Positions 48,734 to 57,895 of a stretch of DNA of 64,000 nucleotides are shown in pieces. The translations under genes and the position numbers were made by a program. Location: IMG/VR virus record IMGVR_UViG_3300044982_000128, positions 1 to 64,000 of that record; one strand, written 5' to 3'. Each line of letters opens with the position of its first letter. Position 1 is the first letter of the stretch. The notes under the pieces were generated by a model. That model had not been told where the DNA came from, did no database searches, and was given only the letters and a program-made list of their open reading frames with translations. Origin of the DNA: a virus.

Positions 48734-49150
48734 TTCTCCCTGCAGCGGCGCAAGTCTGACGCATGGACACCGTCGCTGCAAACGGTTCTCGGACCTAAAC
48801 CGAGTGGTGGAGGGACGGTCACCACGATGCCCCCAAGTTAAGCATGTCAACGCTGTAGGGAAGTGATTTCGGACGCGGGTTCGATTCCCGCCATGTCCAC
48901 CAACAAGCCCTTGCTGCGCGGGGCGGCTATTGATACGTCAATCCGTGATGCAGAGTTCAAGGGCTTGTTTGTGGGCATGCCAAGGTTTCGACGGAATCAG
49001 CGAACTCCAGTTTCATGCCGGGATTGATGCTCACCGTAACGAGAATCAAACTGCAACTGCGGAACCTTTCGCATTGCCGATGGCTGCCTAAGAAACAACC
49101 ATCCGAGGTTTGGCCGCGTTCCTTGTCAAAGAATACGCGGTAAAGGAAAG
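48734..49150 (+). ncRNA. ssrA: circularly permuted (two-piece) tmRNA
   Basis: T-arm GCGGG-TTCGATT-CCCGC then CATGTCC-A-CCA ends at 48902; the partner 5' end GGGCATGCCAAGGTTTCGAC starts downstream at 48973; G3-U70 pair; tag frame 49059-49091 AEPFALPMAA-stop. The start of the acceptor piece is approximate. Confidence 0.9.
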
Positions 49151-49177
49151 GGCTCCAGCTTCGGCTGGGGCCTTTTT
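49151..49177 (+). terminator. Rho-independent terminator after tmRNA
   Basis: GGCTCCAGC-TTCG-GCTGGGGCC-TTTTT. Confidence 0.9.
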
Positions 49178-49178
49178 G

Positions 49179-49207
49179 TTGACAATACATTCCAATCGTG
49201 ACATGAT
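49179..49207 (+). promoter_or_regulatory. sigma70-type promoter
   Basis: TTGACA-N17-CATGAT, 6 nt before ATG 49214. Confidence 0.65.
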
Positions 49208-49213
49208 TAATCC

Positions 49214-49825
49214 ATGACCCGCGATCCCATCCCCCCGCTTCCACCTCAAATCCTTTCTACACAATCTCTGCTCGCCGCGCGCGATCTGCTTTCTCCGGCT
49301 GACTTCCGCCTGCGCCTGCGCAAGACCCTGCTGGCCAACCCGAATCTGACTCTGCTCCAGGTGGCGCGGGAACTCAAAGTCACCCGGCAGTGCGTCGGCG
49401 CCATCGTCGGCCGCCTGAACCGTTCCACCGGCAAACCCGCGATCAAGCGAGAGCAAGCCAAGGCCAAGATGGCCGAGCTGCGCGCCATGGTAGCCGCCGG
49501 CGAGTCCGCGGAGCATGCAGCGAAGGAACTGGGGATCAGTCTGGGCCAGGCGATGACGCTGGGCTTTCGATCAAAGGCTGTGCGAGCGGTCCACGGAACG
49601 CAGGCGCGATCGGCCGCCGGGTGCGGTTGCTGGCGTTGTCGACGCGCGGCAGGTATTGCTGTTCCACGTGGAACAAAGATGGATTCGCGAGCGAAGGCTG
49701 AGGTTCTCGACCTTTTGGCCTACGTGGACCCGGATTCGGGAGAAGGTTTGAGCCAGAGACGAATCGGCGAGATGGTCGGTGCAGGGCAGGCTGCGATTTC
49801 GAGGATTGCGAGGGCAGCGGAATGA
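49214..49825 (+). CDS. multi-HTH DNA-binding protein
   Basis: Three HTH-like segments (TLLQVARELKVTRQCV, HAAKELGISL, SQRRIGEMVGAGQAAISRI) and an HG...GCGCWRC zinc motif. Confidence 0.7.
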   Translation: MTRDPIPPLPPQILSTQSLLAARDLLSPADFRLRLRKTLLANPNLTLLQVARELKVTRQCVGAIVGRLNRSTGKPAIKREQAKAKMAELRAMVAAGESAEHAAKELGISLGQAMTLGFRSKAVRAVHGTQARSAAGCGCWRCRRAAGIAVPRGTKMDSRAKAEVLDLLAYVDPDSGEGLSQRRIGEMVGAGQAAISRIARAAE

Positions 49826-50739
49826 GAGACGTCTCAATCAATGAAGTGTTCACCTGGCGCGATGAATTTGGTCTCAAAGCGAAGGAAGCATTCGGCGGCT
49901 GGCGCGTGGACGTGAGCCCGCAGACCTACAGCGAGCTAAAGCAGCGGTGCGATCGGTGGTTTGATAGTCAGAATACGCTCAGTCTGATGCCAGTGCCGCT
50001 GAATGAGATCACGGTTCACATGGTCAAGACAGGTGAGGTGCCGGACGGTGTGCTGCGCGCCTGCGGGTGTGGTAAAGAGGTCAATCGTGGCTAAGGCACC
50101 TATCCTCTGGACTCAGTGGGGAGAGCACGCCCGATCGATCCTCGAGCAGTACAACGCTCATCACGCGCATAGCGCCAAGCTGGGTTGTAGGTTCCACGGT
50201 CCTCACTTCGTGACCTACGAGTGCGGTGAATTCAAGCTCATTCCCTTCGGCGCTTACGCCGACGACCGGTACTCGTTCGAGTGCCGCCCGGAGTTCCTGC
50301 CCGGCGTGGAAGAGCCTCTGTGGACGTTTGTGGTGATGTGTTAAAAGCGATTTCCTCAAACTTTCCTCTTGCATGGTTTGCAACTATCACCTACACTGGC
50401 TCTCGTAATGCCCGACAAGTCCCCTACCACCGATACGGAGAAGCGCCTGCTCTGGCTGGTTCGCGATCTTGTAGCGCAGGATTGTGTTGATCGAACGGCT
50501 GACGACTTTTCATGCGATGACCCGATTCCTGTTTTCTCCCAGTTCATCGGCAAGTACGCCGAGGCAATCGCGCTGCTTGCCGAGTACGGCCTGGTGACCG
50601 ACCTGACCAACAACGGCGACCGGGTCGTCAGCGGGAAGCTGCTGTCGTTGATGAAGACGGCAGAAGTGCTGCAGACTGGAATCTTTAATCCGCGGAAGGA
50701 AGAGGCGTTTCAAATTTCGCCTGAGATCGGAGACCATTT

Positions 50740-51279
50740 ATGAATTTCGGCAGTGTAGACTCGCCCAGAACGGTCAAAGCTTTGAATAAATTGGCGGAGT
50801 TCTTGGAGATGGAGAATTCTGTCCGGTCCATCAAGGCCGAACTCGCTCACGGCAAAGTTGTAACTCGCGATCGACAGACGGGCAAAACCACAGCTCTACT
50901 GGAGTTTGTTCACGAGCACGATCCAGCCAATATGATTATTGTCTGCTGCAACCACATCACGAAAGATTTGATTTCGTGTCGTTACCGAGAGATGTTTCCA
51001 GAAGACGCGCGACCGTCTGTGATTTCGATACATAATGTCAACGACAGCGATGTGCGCGGGACCAATCGTAAATGGGTCACCGATGAGGTCTGGCCGGCTG
51101 CAGTGGTAAGGAGAGCCCGGAGTTACAGTTGGGCTGAATACGCCGGTGGTGTTGGAACTCCGATGTGTATGGACGCCTTTAGCGGTCAGTGGTTGACCGG
51201 AGAAGAAACAGAAAAACCGGAGTCTCCGCAGCCTGTGTTTACGCAGGTCAGTGACGGAAAGAGAAAAAGTAATGGCTGA
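50740..51279 (+). CDS. small P-loop NTPase-like protein
   Basis: RQTGKTT Walker A and VTDE Walker B. Confidence 0.6.
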   Translation: MNFGSVDSPRTVKALNKLAEFLEMENSVRSIKAELAHGKVVTRDRQTGKTTALLEFVHEHDPANMIIVCCNHITKDLISCRYREMFPEDARPSVISIHNVNDSDVRGTNRKWVTDEVWPAAVVRRARSYSWAEYAGGVGTPMCMDAFSGQWLTGEETEKPESPQPVFTQVSDGKRKSNG

Positions 51280-51634
51280 CGTCATCCGTCTCGATCCCTG
51301 TCGCAGTAAAGTTTTCTCCTGGATCGAGTTCAACTCTGATGCTCCTGAAGTAAGGGATGAAGCTACAAACCGTCTGATTCAACCCCAAGGGCCTGCGATC
51401 ACGGCCCGGTATCGTACCACAGGTATGGAAATGACTGCTTGGCCTATCACCGAGGACGAGGCGCGCAGGATCATGCAGCCCGGCGCTGAGTTCGATTACT
51501 CTTCCGGTCGTGCCTGGAGCCAGATCGTGATGCCTCACAAGTCCAAGAGAATGGTCAAGAGCGGGCAGAGACAGGAAACGGTCAAGCAGCGGGAAGAGAC
51601 GGAACAGCGTGCGGGGAGAAGGTGGTTGGCGTGA
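51272..51634 (+). CDS. KTSC-like domain protein
   Basis: SKVFSWIEFN ... ARYRTTG ... SSGRAWSQIV resembles the KTSC pattern with insertions. Confidence 0.4.
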   Translation: MADVIRLDPCRSKVFSWIEFNSDAPEVRDEATNRLIQPQGPAITARYRTTGMEMTAWPITEDEARRIMQPGAEFDYSSGRAWSQIVMPHKSKRMVKSGQRQETVKQREETEQRAGRRWLA

Positions 51635-52012
51635 GTGTGATTGTCAAGCAGGAAGAAGGTCTGGAAGTTCCGGCAGAGATTTTTGCCAAGGCCATCGTAA
51701 AAATCAGCGATGGTTTGGAGGGCTGGCGGCGTGCGGGTATGAAGAGACACGCGCTGATCACGTTACTGGTCGCCAGTACGAAAGTCTGTAAGAGAGATGT
51801 CGAGTTGGTGCTCCTGGGGATTGACGGGTTGAAGAACACTTATTGCTTGCCTCCTGCGCATTCAGAGAAGGTAAAGAAGTGAAGCGCACCCTCACTCCCG
51901 CCGAACGTCAGATCGTTCTTCGCCGGCTCAAGTACGGGCCTGTTCTTTCGCGTGAGGATTTGGCCAGCTACGTAACAAAGATTTGCCAGGAAGTGAAGAA
52001 AGGGAACTCAAA

Positions 52013-52333
52013 GTGAAGATCGTTTCAATTGTCATTCTGGCGTTTGTATTAGGACAAGCGCCTCCGCCCGCAGAAAAACCCCCCACTATTCCCATGATCC
52101 TTCTCAAGGATTTCTACGCTGCCGACGCAGGCCAGTAGCGAGCCCAGCGTCAGGTCGATCAGGCCCAACAGGCTCTCCAGTCTGCCAGTCAGTCCTGGAA
52201 GCAGGCAGTGGACGCGATGCAGAAGGTGTGCGGGGAGAAGTTCCAATTGGCGCAGGATTCCGTGACTTCAGATCCGGTGTGCAAAGCGAAACCGGCGCCT
52301 GTGCCTGCAGCTAAGCCAGCGGAGAAGAAGTGA
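52013..52333 (+). pseudogene. secreted coiled-coil protein interrupted by an in-frame TAG (52136-52138)
   Basis: Not in ORF track; MKIVSIVILAFVLGQ...DAGQ*RAQRQVDQAQQALQ...VCGEKF...DPVCKAKPAPVPAAKPAEKK. Confidence 0.7.
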
Positions 52334-53028
52334 GAGGACAGATATGACAACTAAAAAGAAAAGCATGGCACAACTCGGGATTGAGTTGGCAGATGAGCAT
52401 ATTTCTAGGAATACTCTTGATCATGACGAGACTCTACGAGGGACTGCTCTATCTCTTGCTTGTCGGTACTATGTCGAGACCATCGTCAAGGACGGTGATC
52501 TTTATCGGGAAATGGTGCGTGATAATCGCGTGCTTAAGCCTGCTACTTATTGTGGGGTTATTGAAGTAGCGTTGGCTTTCGAGGCCTTTATCAAAGGAGA
52601 AATAAAATCTACCCACGACGCTATCACAGAAACGGAATTGGAAGAAGTGACTGAAAATGATCGAGTGACGCCATCTCCGGAAGTTGAGCTATGAGCCCGC
52701 GCCCTCGACTTCTGAAGACGCAGTGGGATCAAGACTCAATCAGGGTCGAGGTGAAAGCTGCCGGCGTCGTCGATGAGCCGGAAAATCAGAAAGTCATGGA
52801 AGCATGCCTCGGCGAACTCAACGAAGTCAGAATGAGAGTTATGGTAGGCTCATACGGCCCCGGCACGGAGGACAAGGGGAAGGCCCGCTACTACTGGCTC
52901 TTGGGAGAGTCCGCGTCTGTGCACTGTCGCGATCTGGAAACCGCCGATTGGTTTAGAGAAGAATTGCTAAAGTGGCTGAAGTCTCTTGACGGGATAAAAC
53001 TGGAACGGGTCGAGGACGAGGCGGCGCA

Positions 53029-53583
53029 ATGATCCGTACAATACGCCCCTGGCAAATATTCGAGCGGCTTCAGGAGAACGAGATTCGCCTGCTTATTCCG
53101 ACGCGCCGAAGTTCCGAGACCCGTTCGGTAATGATGCTTGAAACCGCTCTCCTTGTTGCAGTCGCGCGCAAGGCGCGCGTTCAGACCATTCTTGAAATCG
53201 GAACGTCCCACGGATACACCACGCTTCATCTTGCACGCAACACCGACGCCCGGATCACCACGGTGGATGTAGTCGAGCCCGGCGTCCGGGTATATAGGGG
53301 CGAACCCGAGGAGTCGCGGATCACGGAACTTTGCCAGGACTCGAAGACCATTTCGATTCGCAATTACGAGATGGTGTTTATTGACGGGGACCATTCTATC
53401 GAAGGTGTGCGCGAAGATACGAAACTCGTTTTCCAATGTTCCCCCCTGGTAATCGCGTGGCATGATTATGGAAATCCCATCGAGCCTGAAGTTAAGCCGT
53501 ATCTCGATAAAGTCAGTGAGGCGTATGAGCTTTACCACGTCGAGGATTCGTGGCTTTGCTTTTGGTTCAGGGAGGGATTGTGA
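53029..53583 (+). CDS. class I SAM-dependent methyltransferase (Methyltransf_24-like)
   Basis: ILEIGTSHG, FIDGDHS, WHDY motifs. Confidence 0.85.
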   Translation: MIRTIRPWQIFERLQENEIRLLIPTRRSSETRSVMMLETALLVAVARKARVQTILEIGTSHGYTTLHLARNTDARITTVDVVEPGVRVYRGEPEESRITELCQDSKTISIRNYEMVFIDGDHSIEGVREDTKLVFQCSPLVIAWHDYGNPIEPEVKPYLDKVSEAYELYHVEDSWLCFWFREGL

Positions 53584-54173
53584 CCGCTCCCGTCTGTATC
53601 TTCATCGTCTCGGCATTCAATCGGCCGACGGAGTTGAAACTCTGTCTGTTGTCTCTCGTACTTCAATCGAGAACTGACTGGCTTGCAATTGTCACGGACA
53701 ATGCCAACTCGTCGACATACCGGGATCTGAACGAAGAGGCCGTCAGATGGGTCGGGGACGATCGAATCCAGTATCACTACACTGGCGACCGTGCGAACAA
53801 TTGCTACTCCTCGGCTGAGATCGGGGCTTCGATGGTCGCCGGCGGATGGTTGATTTTTCCGAGTGATGACAGCTACTATTGCCCGGAATGCCTCGAAAGA
53901 ATGCTGGAAGTCGAACAGGATGCCGATTGCATTTTCTGTGATGTTTTGTATGATCGCAGGCTCGCTGGCCGTCGCGCAGTTCTCTCGACGGAGCCTCGTG
54001 AGGGGGCGATAGACAAGACCTGCTTCGCGGTTCGTCGTGACAAATTCATTGGATTTCCGGATCAGCCTGCGGACGGCCGCTCGTCTCCTGCTGACGGTAA
54101 GGCAGTCGAGCGGATGGTTGCGATGGGGTATCGGATGAGGCACGTTGCGGAGGTTTTGTGCGTGCACAATTGA
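53580..54173 (+). CDS. glycosyltransferase family 2
   Basis: IVSAFNRP..L..CL.SL..Q, VTDN, FPSDDSYY. Confidence 0.85.
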   Translation: MTAPVCIFIVSAFNRPTELKLCLLSLVLQSRTDWLAIVTDNANSSTYRDLNEEAVRWVGDDRIQYHYTGDRANNCYSSAEIGASMVAGGWLIFPSDDSYYCPECLERMLEVEQDADCIFCDVLYDRRLAGRRAVLSTEPREGAIDKTCFAVRRDKFIGFPDQPADGRSSPADGKAVERMVAMGYRMRHVAEVLCVHN

Positions 54174-54175
54174 GC

Positions 54176-54241
54176 TATAATGGGGGAACCGAGAGTGTCA
54201 CCTCTCGGCTCATGTCTCATCGATCTGGAGGATCGACTATG
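54176..54241 (+). promoter_or_regulatory. -10 box and structured leader with RBS-sequestering hairpin (copy 1)
   Basis: TATAAT, hairpin CCGAGAG/CTCTCGG, then TCGATC-TGGAG-GATCGA-CT-ATG. Confidence 0.7.
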
Positions 54242-54904
54242 ACCACCCCAAAGAAAACTCTACCACGAGATTTGACCGGCATGGTGTTTGGTCGGTTGAC
54301 TGTAATTGAACTAGACCACCACAACGAGCGTGGGGTGAGCTATTGGAAGTGCCAATGCGAATGTGGCATCACAATCGTGACAAGTAAGTATTCTCTTCTT
54401 CGCGGATACACGCAAAGTTGCGGTTGTATTCGCAGTGAGCAGGCCAGACAACGGCGCTTGAAGCATGGTATGGCCACTATGGGGGCACATGGATGGGTAA
54501 GTCGAACCTATCGTATATGGATGGCCATGCGCACTCGTTGTACAAATTCTAAAGTTCCTCATTACCACAATTACGGTGGTCGGGGGATCAGTATTTGTTC
54601 TGAGTGGAACGATTTTGCCGTCTTTTTGCGCGATATGGGTGAGTGTCCTGTTGGTATGTCCATCGATCGATTTCCAAATAACGATGGAAATTATGAACCA
54701 GGGAATTGCCGGTGGGCTACTCGATTAGAACAACGTCTCAACCAGCGCAAACGTACACATTGTCCGCAGGGGCATCCTTACGTTTCTGGTGACATAGATT
54801 ATCGAGGCAGGCAGTTTTGTAGGCCTTGCAAAAACGCTCATGAGCAACGGCAGCGTGCTCGGCGTAAGCAAAAACAGTTGGAGGCCAAAAATGCCTGCAT
54901 TTAA
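54239..54904 (+). CDS. HNH-type homing endonuclease
   Basis: DLTGMVFGRLTV, WKCQCECG, SCGC, YGGRGI, SIDR..NDGNYEPGNCRWAT, THCPQGH. Confidence 0.9.
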   Translation: MTTPKKTLPRDLTGMVFGRLTVIELDHHNERGVSYWKCQCECGITIVTSKYSLLRGYTQSCGCIRSEQARQRRLKHGMATMGAHGWVSRTYRIWMAMRTRCTNSKVPHYHNYGGRGISICSEWNDFAVFLRDMGECPVGMSIDRFPNNDGNYEPGNCRWATRLEQRLNQRKRTHCPQGHPYVSGDIDYRGRQFCRPCKNAHEQRQRARRKQKQLEAKNACI

Positions 54905-55742
54905 GCTTGTGATTGCAGTTCTTACTGCGCATCATCCGTCGCGTTGGCACCGCCGCCAAGTCGCTAAGCAGAATTTCCTTAAGGACTGTCCGATCCCGTA
55001 CAAATTTGTTTTTGGAGATGCGGTACGCGTGGGGGATTGGGATTACACCGGTCTACGTGACGAGGAGATTTTGCACGCGCCTGGTTCTGATGCTAAGGAT
55101 CATTTGCCGTTGAAGAACCAGGCTGCGTTTCGGTGGGCTTTGGAGCAGGGCGCCGACGCGATTATCCGTGTGATGGACGATACCTGGCTAAATGTGGATC
55201 GCATGCTCAAGGCCGGTTTGGAGCAATTCGATTTGGCCGGAGCGTTTCCGATGAAGTTCAAGTTGGGAGGAACTTTCAGCGTACCATGGCTGCGGATGGG
55301 GTATCCGCACGGAGGCTGCGGAATCTGGCTTTCGCGTAAATCAATGGAGATGTTGGTAGCTGATGTTTGGGATCCAGACTATCTTAAGTCTTGGCCTGAG
55401 CGAATGGATGTGGGGTGGGGCATAACTTATCCAACTCCGAAAATTTTTTGGGACGACCATTGGGTTGGCGAGGTGCTGCAGGGAAATTTAGCTTACGACG
55501 ATCCTTTACGCAGCCAACCGTGGGCTGCGTATACGGCTAACGGTATTTCTGTTTTTGAGGATGAATTCTTGTTTTATAACGATGAGATTGAGCGGCCTCT
55601 TACTGTCCATGATCCGGGGGTTCACAAAATTCAGTCCAGAGATATGGATGACGTGATTGAGCAAGCGAGGCAAAGAAATCTTGTGGCGAATGTACTAAGA
55701 AATCCTTTGAATGTAATCGATGCGGAGCCTACCAATGCCTGA
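54891..55742 (+). CDS. GT31/Fringe-like galactosyltransferase
   Basis: LPLK...FRWA, VMDDTW, YPHGGCGIWLSRK, WDDHWVG match GT31 motifs. Confidence 0.8.
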   Translation: MPAFKLVIAVLTAHHPSRWHRRQVAKQNFLKDCPIPYKFVFGDAVRVGDWDYTGLRDEEILHAPGSDAKDHLPLKNQAAFRWALEQGADAIIRVMDDTWLNVDRMLKAGLEQFDLAGAFPMKFKLGGTFSVPWLRMGYPHGGCGIWLSRKSMEMLVADVWDPDYLKSWPERMDVGWGITYPTPKIFWDDHWVGEVLQGNLAYDDPLRSQPWAAYTANGISVFEDEFLFYNDEIERPLTVHDPGVHKIQSRDMDDVIEQARQRNLVANVLRNPLNVIDAEPTNA

Positions 55743-56250
55743 TTTCAATCTTTTTCAAAGAGTCGGCGATTTCTTTGAAATGCGCAAGACCTACAGACAA
55801 CAAGCTCTCAAGGCCCTCCGCAAACGTGAAGGTCTTCCGTCCCCTGTCGATCAAGATGGCGTCCCACTCGAAACTCGTTTCGACGATCAGGGCAACGCGC
55901 ACTATTACAACGCATCCGGCGAGAAGCAGGAGCATGTCCTCTTCGCTGGTGCAGGCAAGGACGGCAAGCCCGGATCGTTCGCTGTCGGCACACGCAAGCA
56001 GGAGCCGCGCGAGCTGGCCGATGCATCCTGGCACTCCGAGTCTGAGTTCCAAATCCTCGACGTCGCAGAAGACGGACGCAAGCTCTCTGATGAGTTGAAA
56101 GACCTCGACCGCGACTCTAGTACGTTTGAACGATCCGAAAAAGTTTCCCACGGTGATGCAGGCGAGCAGGCACCGGAGTTGCATCTGGCGAATACGAGTG
56201 ACGAAGAGATCGACGAGACGCTGCAGAAGTTTTTGAAGCGGGGGTTGTGA
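55735..56250 (+). CDS. acidic hypothetical protein
   Basis: GGAG RBS; overlaps both neighbours. Confidence 0.55.
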   Translation: MPDFNLFQRVGDFFEMRKTYRQQALKALRKREGLPSPVDQDGVPLETRFDDQGNAHYYNASGEKQEHVLFAGAGKDGKPGSFAVGTRKQEPRELADASWHSESEFQILDVAEDGRKLSDELKDLDRDSSTFERSEKVSHGDAGEQAPELHLANTSDEEIDETLQKFLKRGL

Positions 56251-56711
56251 TGGGTTGCTTGGAAGACGATATCGATTACGCGTTGCGCGTTCAACGAGGT
56301 GAGATCAAGTTGCCTCCGCCACGGCCAAAGATTGTTTGCCTCTGTGGGTCCACGCGATTTCGCGATCAGTTCATGCAAGCGAACTATCGTGAGACGTTGA
56401 AGGGGAATATTGTTTTGAGTGTAGGCTTTTACGTTCATGTTGCAGATGAATGCCCGAACTGCGATGCGTCGCAGAGCTTCGCGAAAGAACAAAACGCTGA
56501 AGGTCCGCAGGGAAAATGCTGGTGTTGCGGTGCAGATCTCGGTTGTACTCCGGAGCAGAAGATTGCTTTGGATGAATTGCACAAGCGCAAGATCGATCTT
56601 GCCGACGAAGTGTTTGTGCTGAACGTCGGTGGATATATTGGTCAGAGCACGCACAGTGAAATTGAGTACGCTATCGCGCATAGAAAACCCGTGCGGTATT
56701 TGGAGTCGTAG
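56247..56711 (+). CDS. nucleoside 2-deoxyribosyltransferase-like protein with zinc-ribbon insertion
   Basis: IVCLCGSTRF, HKRKIDLADEVFVLNVGGYIGQST..EIEYA....KPV; inserted CPNC...CWCC. Confidence 0.7.
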   Translation: MMGCLEDDIDYALRVQRGEIKLPPPRPKIVCLCGSTRFRDQFMQANYRETLKGNIVLSVGFYVHVADECPNCDASQSFAKEQNAEGPQGKCWCCGADLGCTPEQKIALDELHKRKIDLADEVFVLNVGGYIGQSTHSEIEYAIAHRKPVRYLES

Positions 56712-57244
56712 AACGATGGGCCACAGCACTTCCAAGCCGTACAGTAAGTGGAGTGATTCAGGCCGTGTGCTCTTTTTTCAGCATCGCTGGAGCAATTTGG
56801 ATCGTTTTTCTTTAGCGCTCGAGCGTATGTGGGAAGAACAGGAACGCATCCGTGCAGCGGATATGATGGCGAATCGTTTTGTGACTGAGTATTGGCCTCA
56901 GATTGAAGTGGCTGTGTTGCCGCCGATCGATGGGTTCAGTACTTGGGATGTGATTAGGCACAGATCGAAGCAGCGGGATAAGTGGGTAAGTCTTTTGCAG
57001 GAATTCTGGAGGGAGAGAGTCTGATGGCTGACCTTTTCATCTGTCCTGATTGCGAACAGGCCACAGCGACTCAGCCTGATTCCCTCTGCGCGACTTGTCA
57101 GCAGTGGCGCGATCAGCGTTTGGACGAGATGGATTCCGAATATGAGGACCGCCTGGCAAGGCAAGCTCGCCGACGCATGAAGCCGAGCGAGAGATTCGCT
57201 GAAGATTTGTCGGATATGGTGAAGGCCGTGGAACGGAGCAGACG

Positions 57245-57895
57245 ATGAATAGGAAGCCAACCGCATACGAATATCTAGTCTCAATCGTCACTAAGGTCAA
57301 CACGAATGTCTGTATAGTATGGCCGTTCCATATTGATAAAGGCGGGTATGGGCGTATTATGGCGCCAAAAATCTTTGGTGAAAGACAGCAGTTTCTTGTG
57401 CACAGATTAGCGTATAGGGTTGCGTACGGTAAGTGGCCTACTCCAAACGGGCTTCACAGTTGTGACAATCGTGCGTGTTTCAACCCCCGTCATATTTCCC
57501 CTGGAACTCTCAGGGAAAATACTGAGGATATGGTTGCCAAGGACAGGCAGGCTAAGGGGGAGAGAACTGCTCTTTCCAAATTGACATATGAGTTGGTGGA
57601 ACAGGCACGAAGGGAATATATTGGCGGCCTGACTTGTGAGCAATTAGCCACTCGATATGGCGTGAGTGGTCATACCATGAACACGGCAATTTCCGGAAAG
57701 ACTTGGAAGCATGTTCCCAATCCGGTTAGAATGCGTCCTCGTCACAGACCTCCCGCCACGCACTGTTCGTACGGTCATCCGCTTACTGAGGGGAATTTTT
57801 ATACGATACGTCGGCGGCGCGGGGTTACATGCAGGGAATGCAAGATTTGCTCCAGTAATAAATATAAAATTCGTAAGTTGAAACGAGGTAAGTAG
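57245..57895 (+). CDS. HNH endonuclease
   Basis: VHRLAY, LHSCDNRACFNPRHI..GT..EN; C-terminal HTH and THCSYGH. Confidence 0.9.
   Translation: MNRKPTAYEYLVSIVTKVNTNVCIVWPFHIDKGGYGRIMAPKIFGERQQFLVHRLAYRVAYGKWPTPNGLHSCDNRACFNPRHISPGTLRENTEDMVAKDRQAKGERTALSKLTYELVEQARREYIGGLTCEQLATRYGVSGHTMNTAISGKTWKHVPNPVRMRPRHRPPATHCSYGHPLTEGNFYTIRRRRGVTCRECKICSSNKYKIRKLKRGK

Noticed and set aside
48875-48902. attP/attR remnant from integration into a host tmRNA or tRNA
   Set aside because: Both halves are complementary and complete, with an intervening stem, tag and terminator; phage genes continue on both sides and no integrase is present
50740-51279. Terminase large subunit
   Set aside because: Too short and lacks a nuclease domain; the true terL begins at 63612
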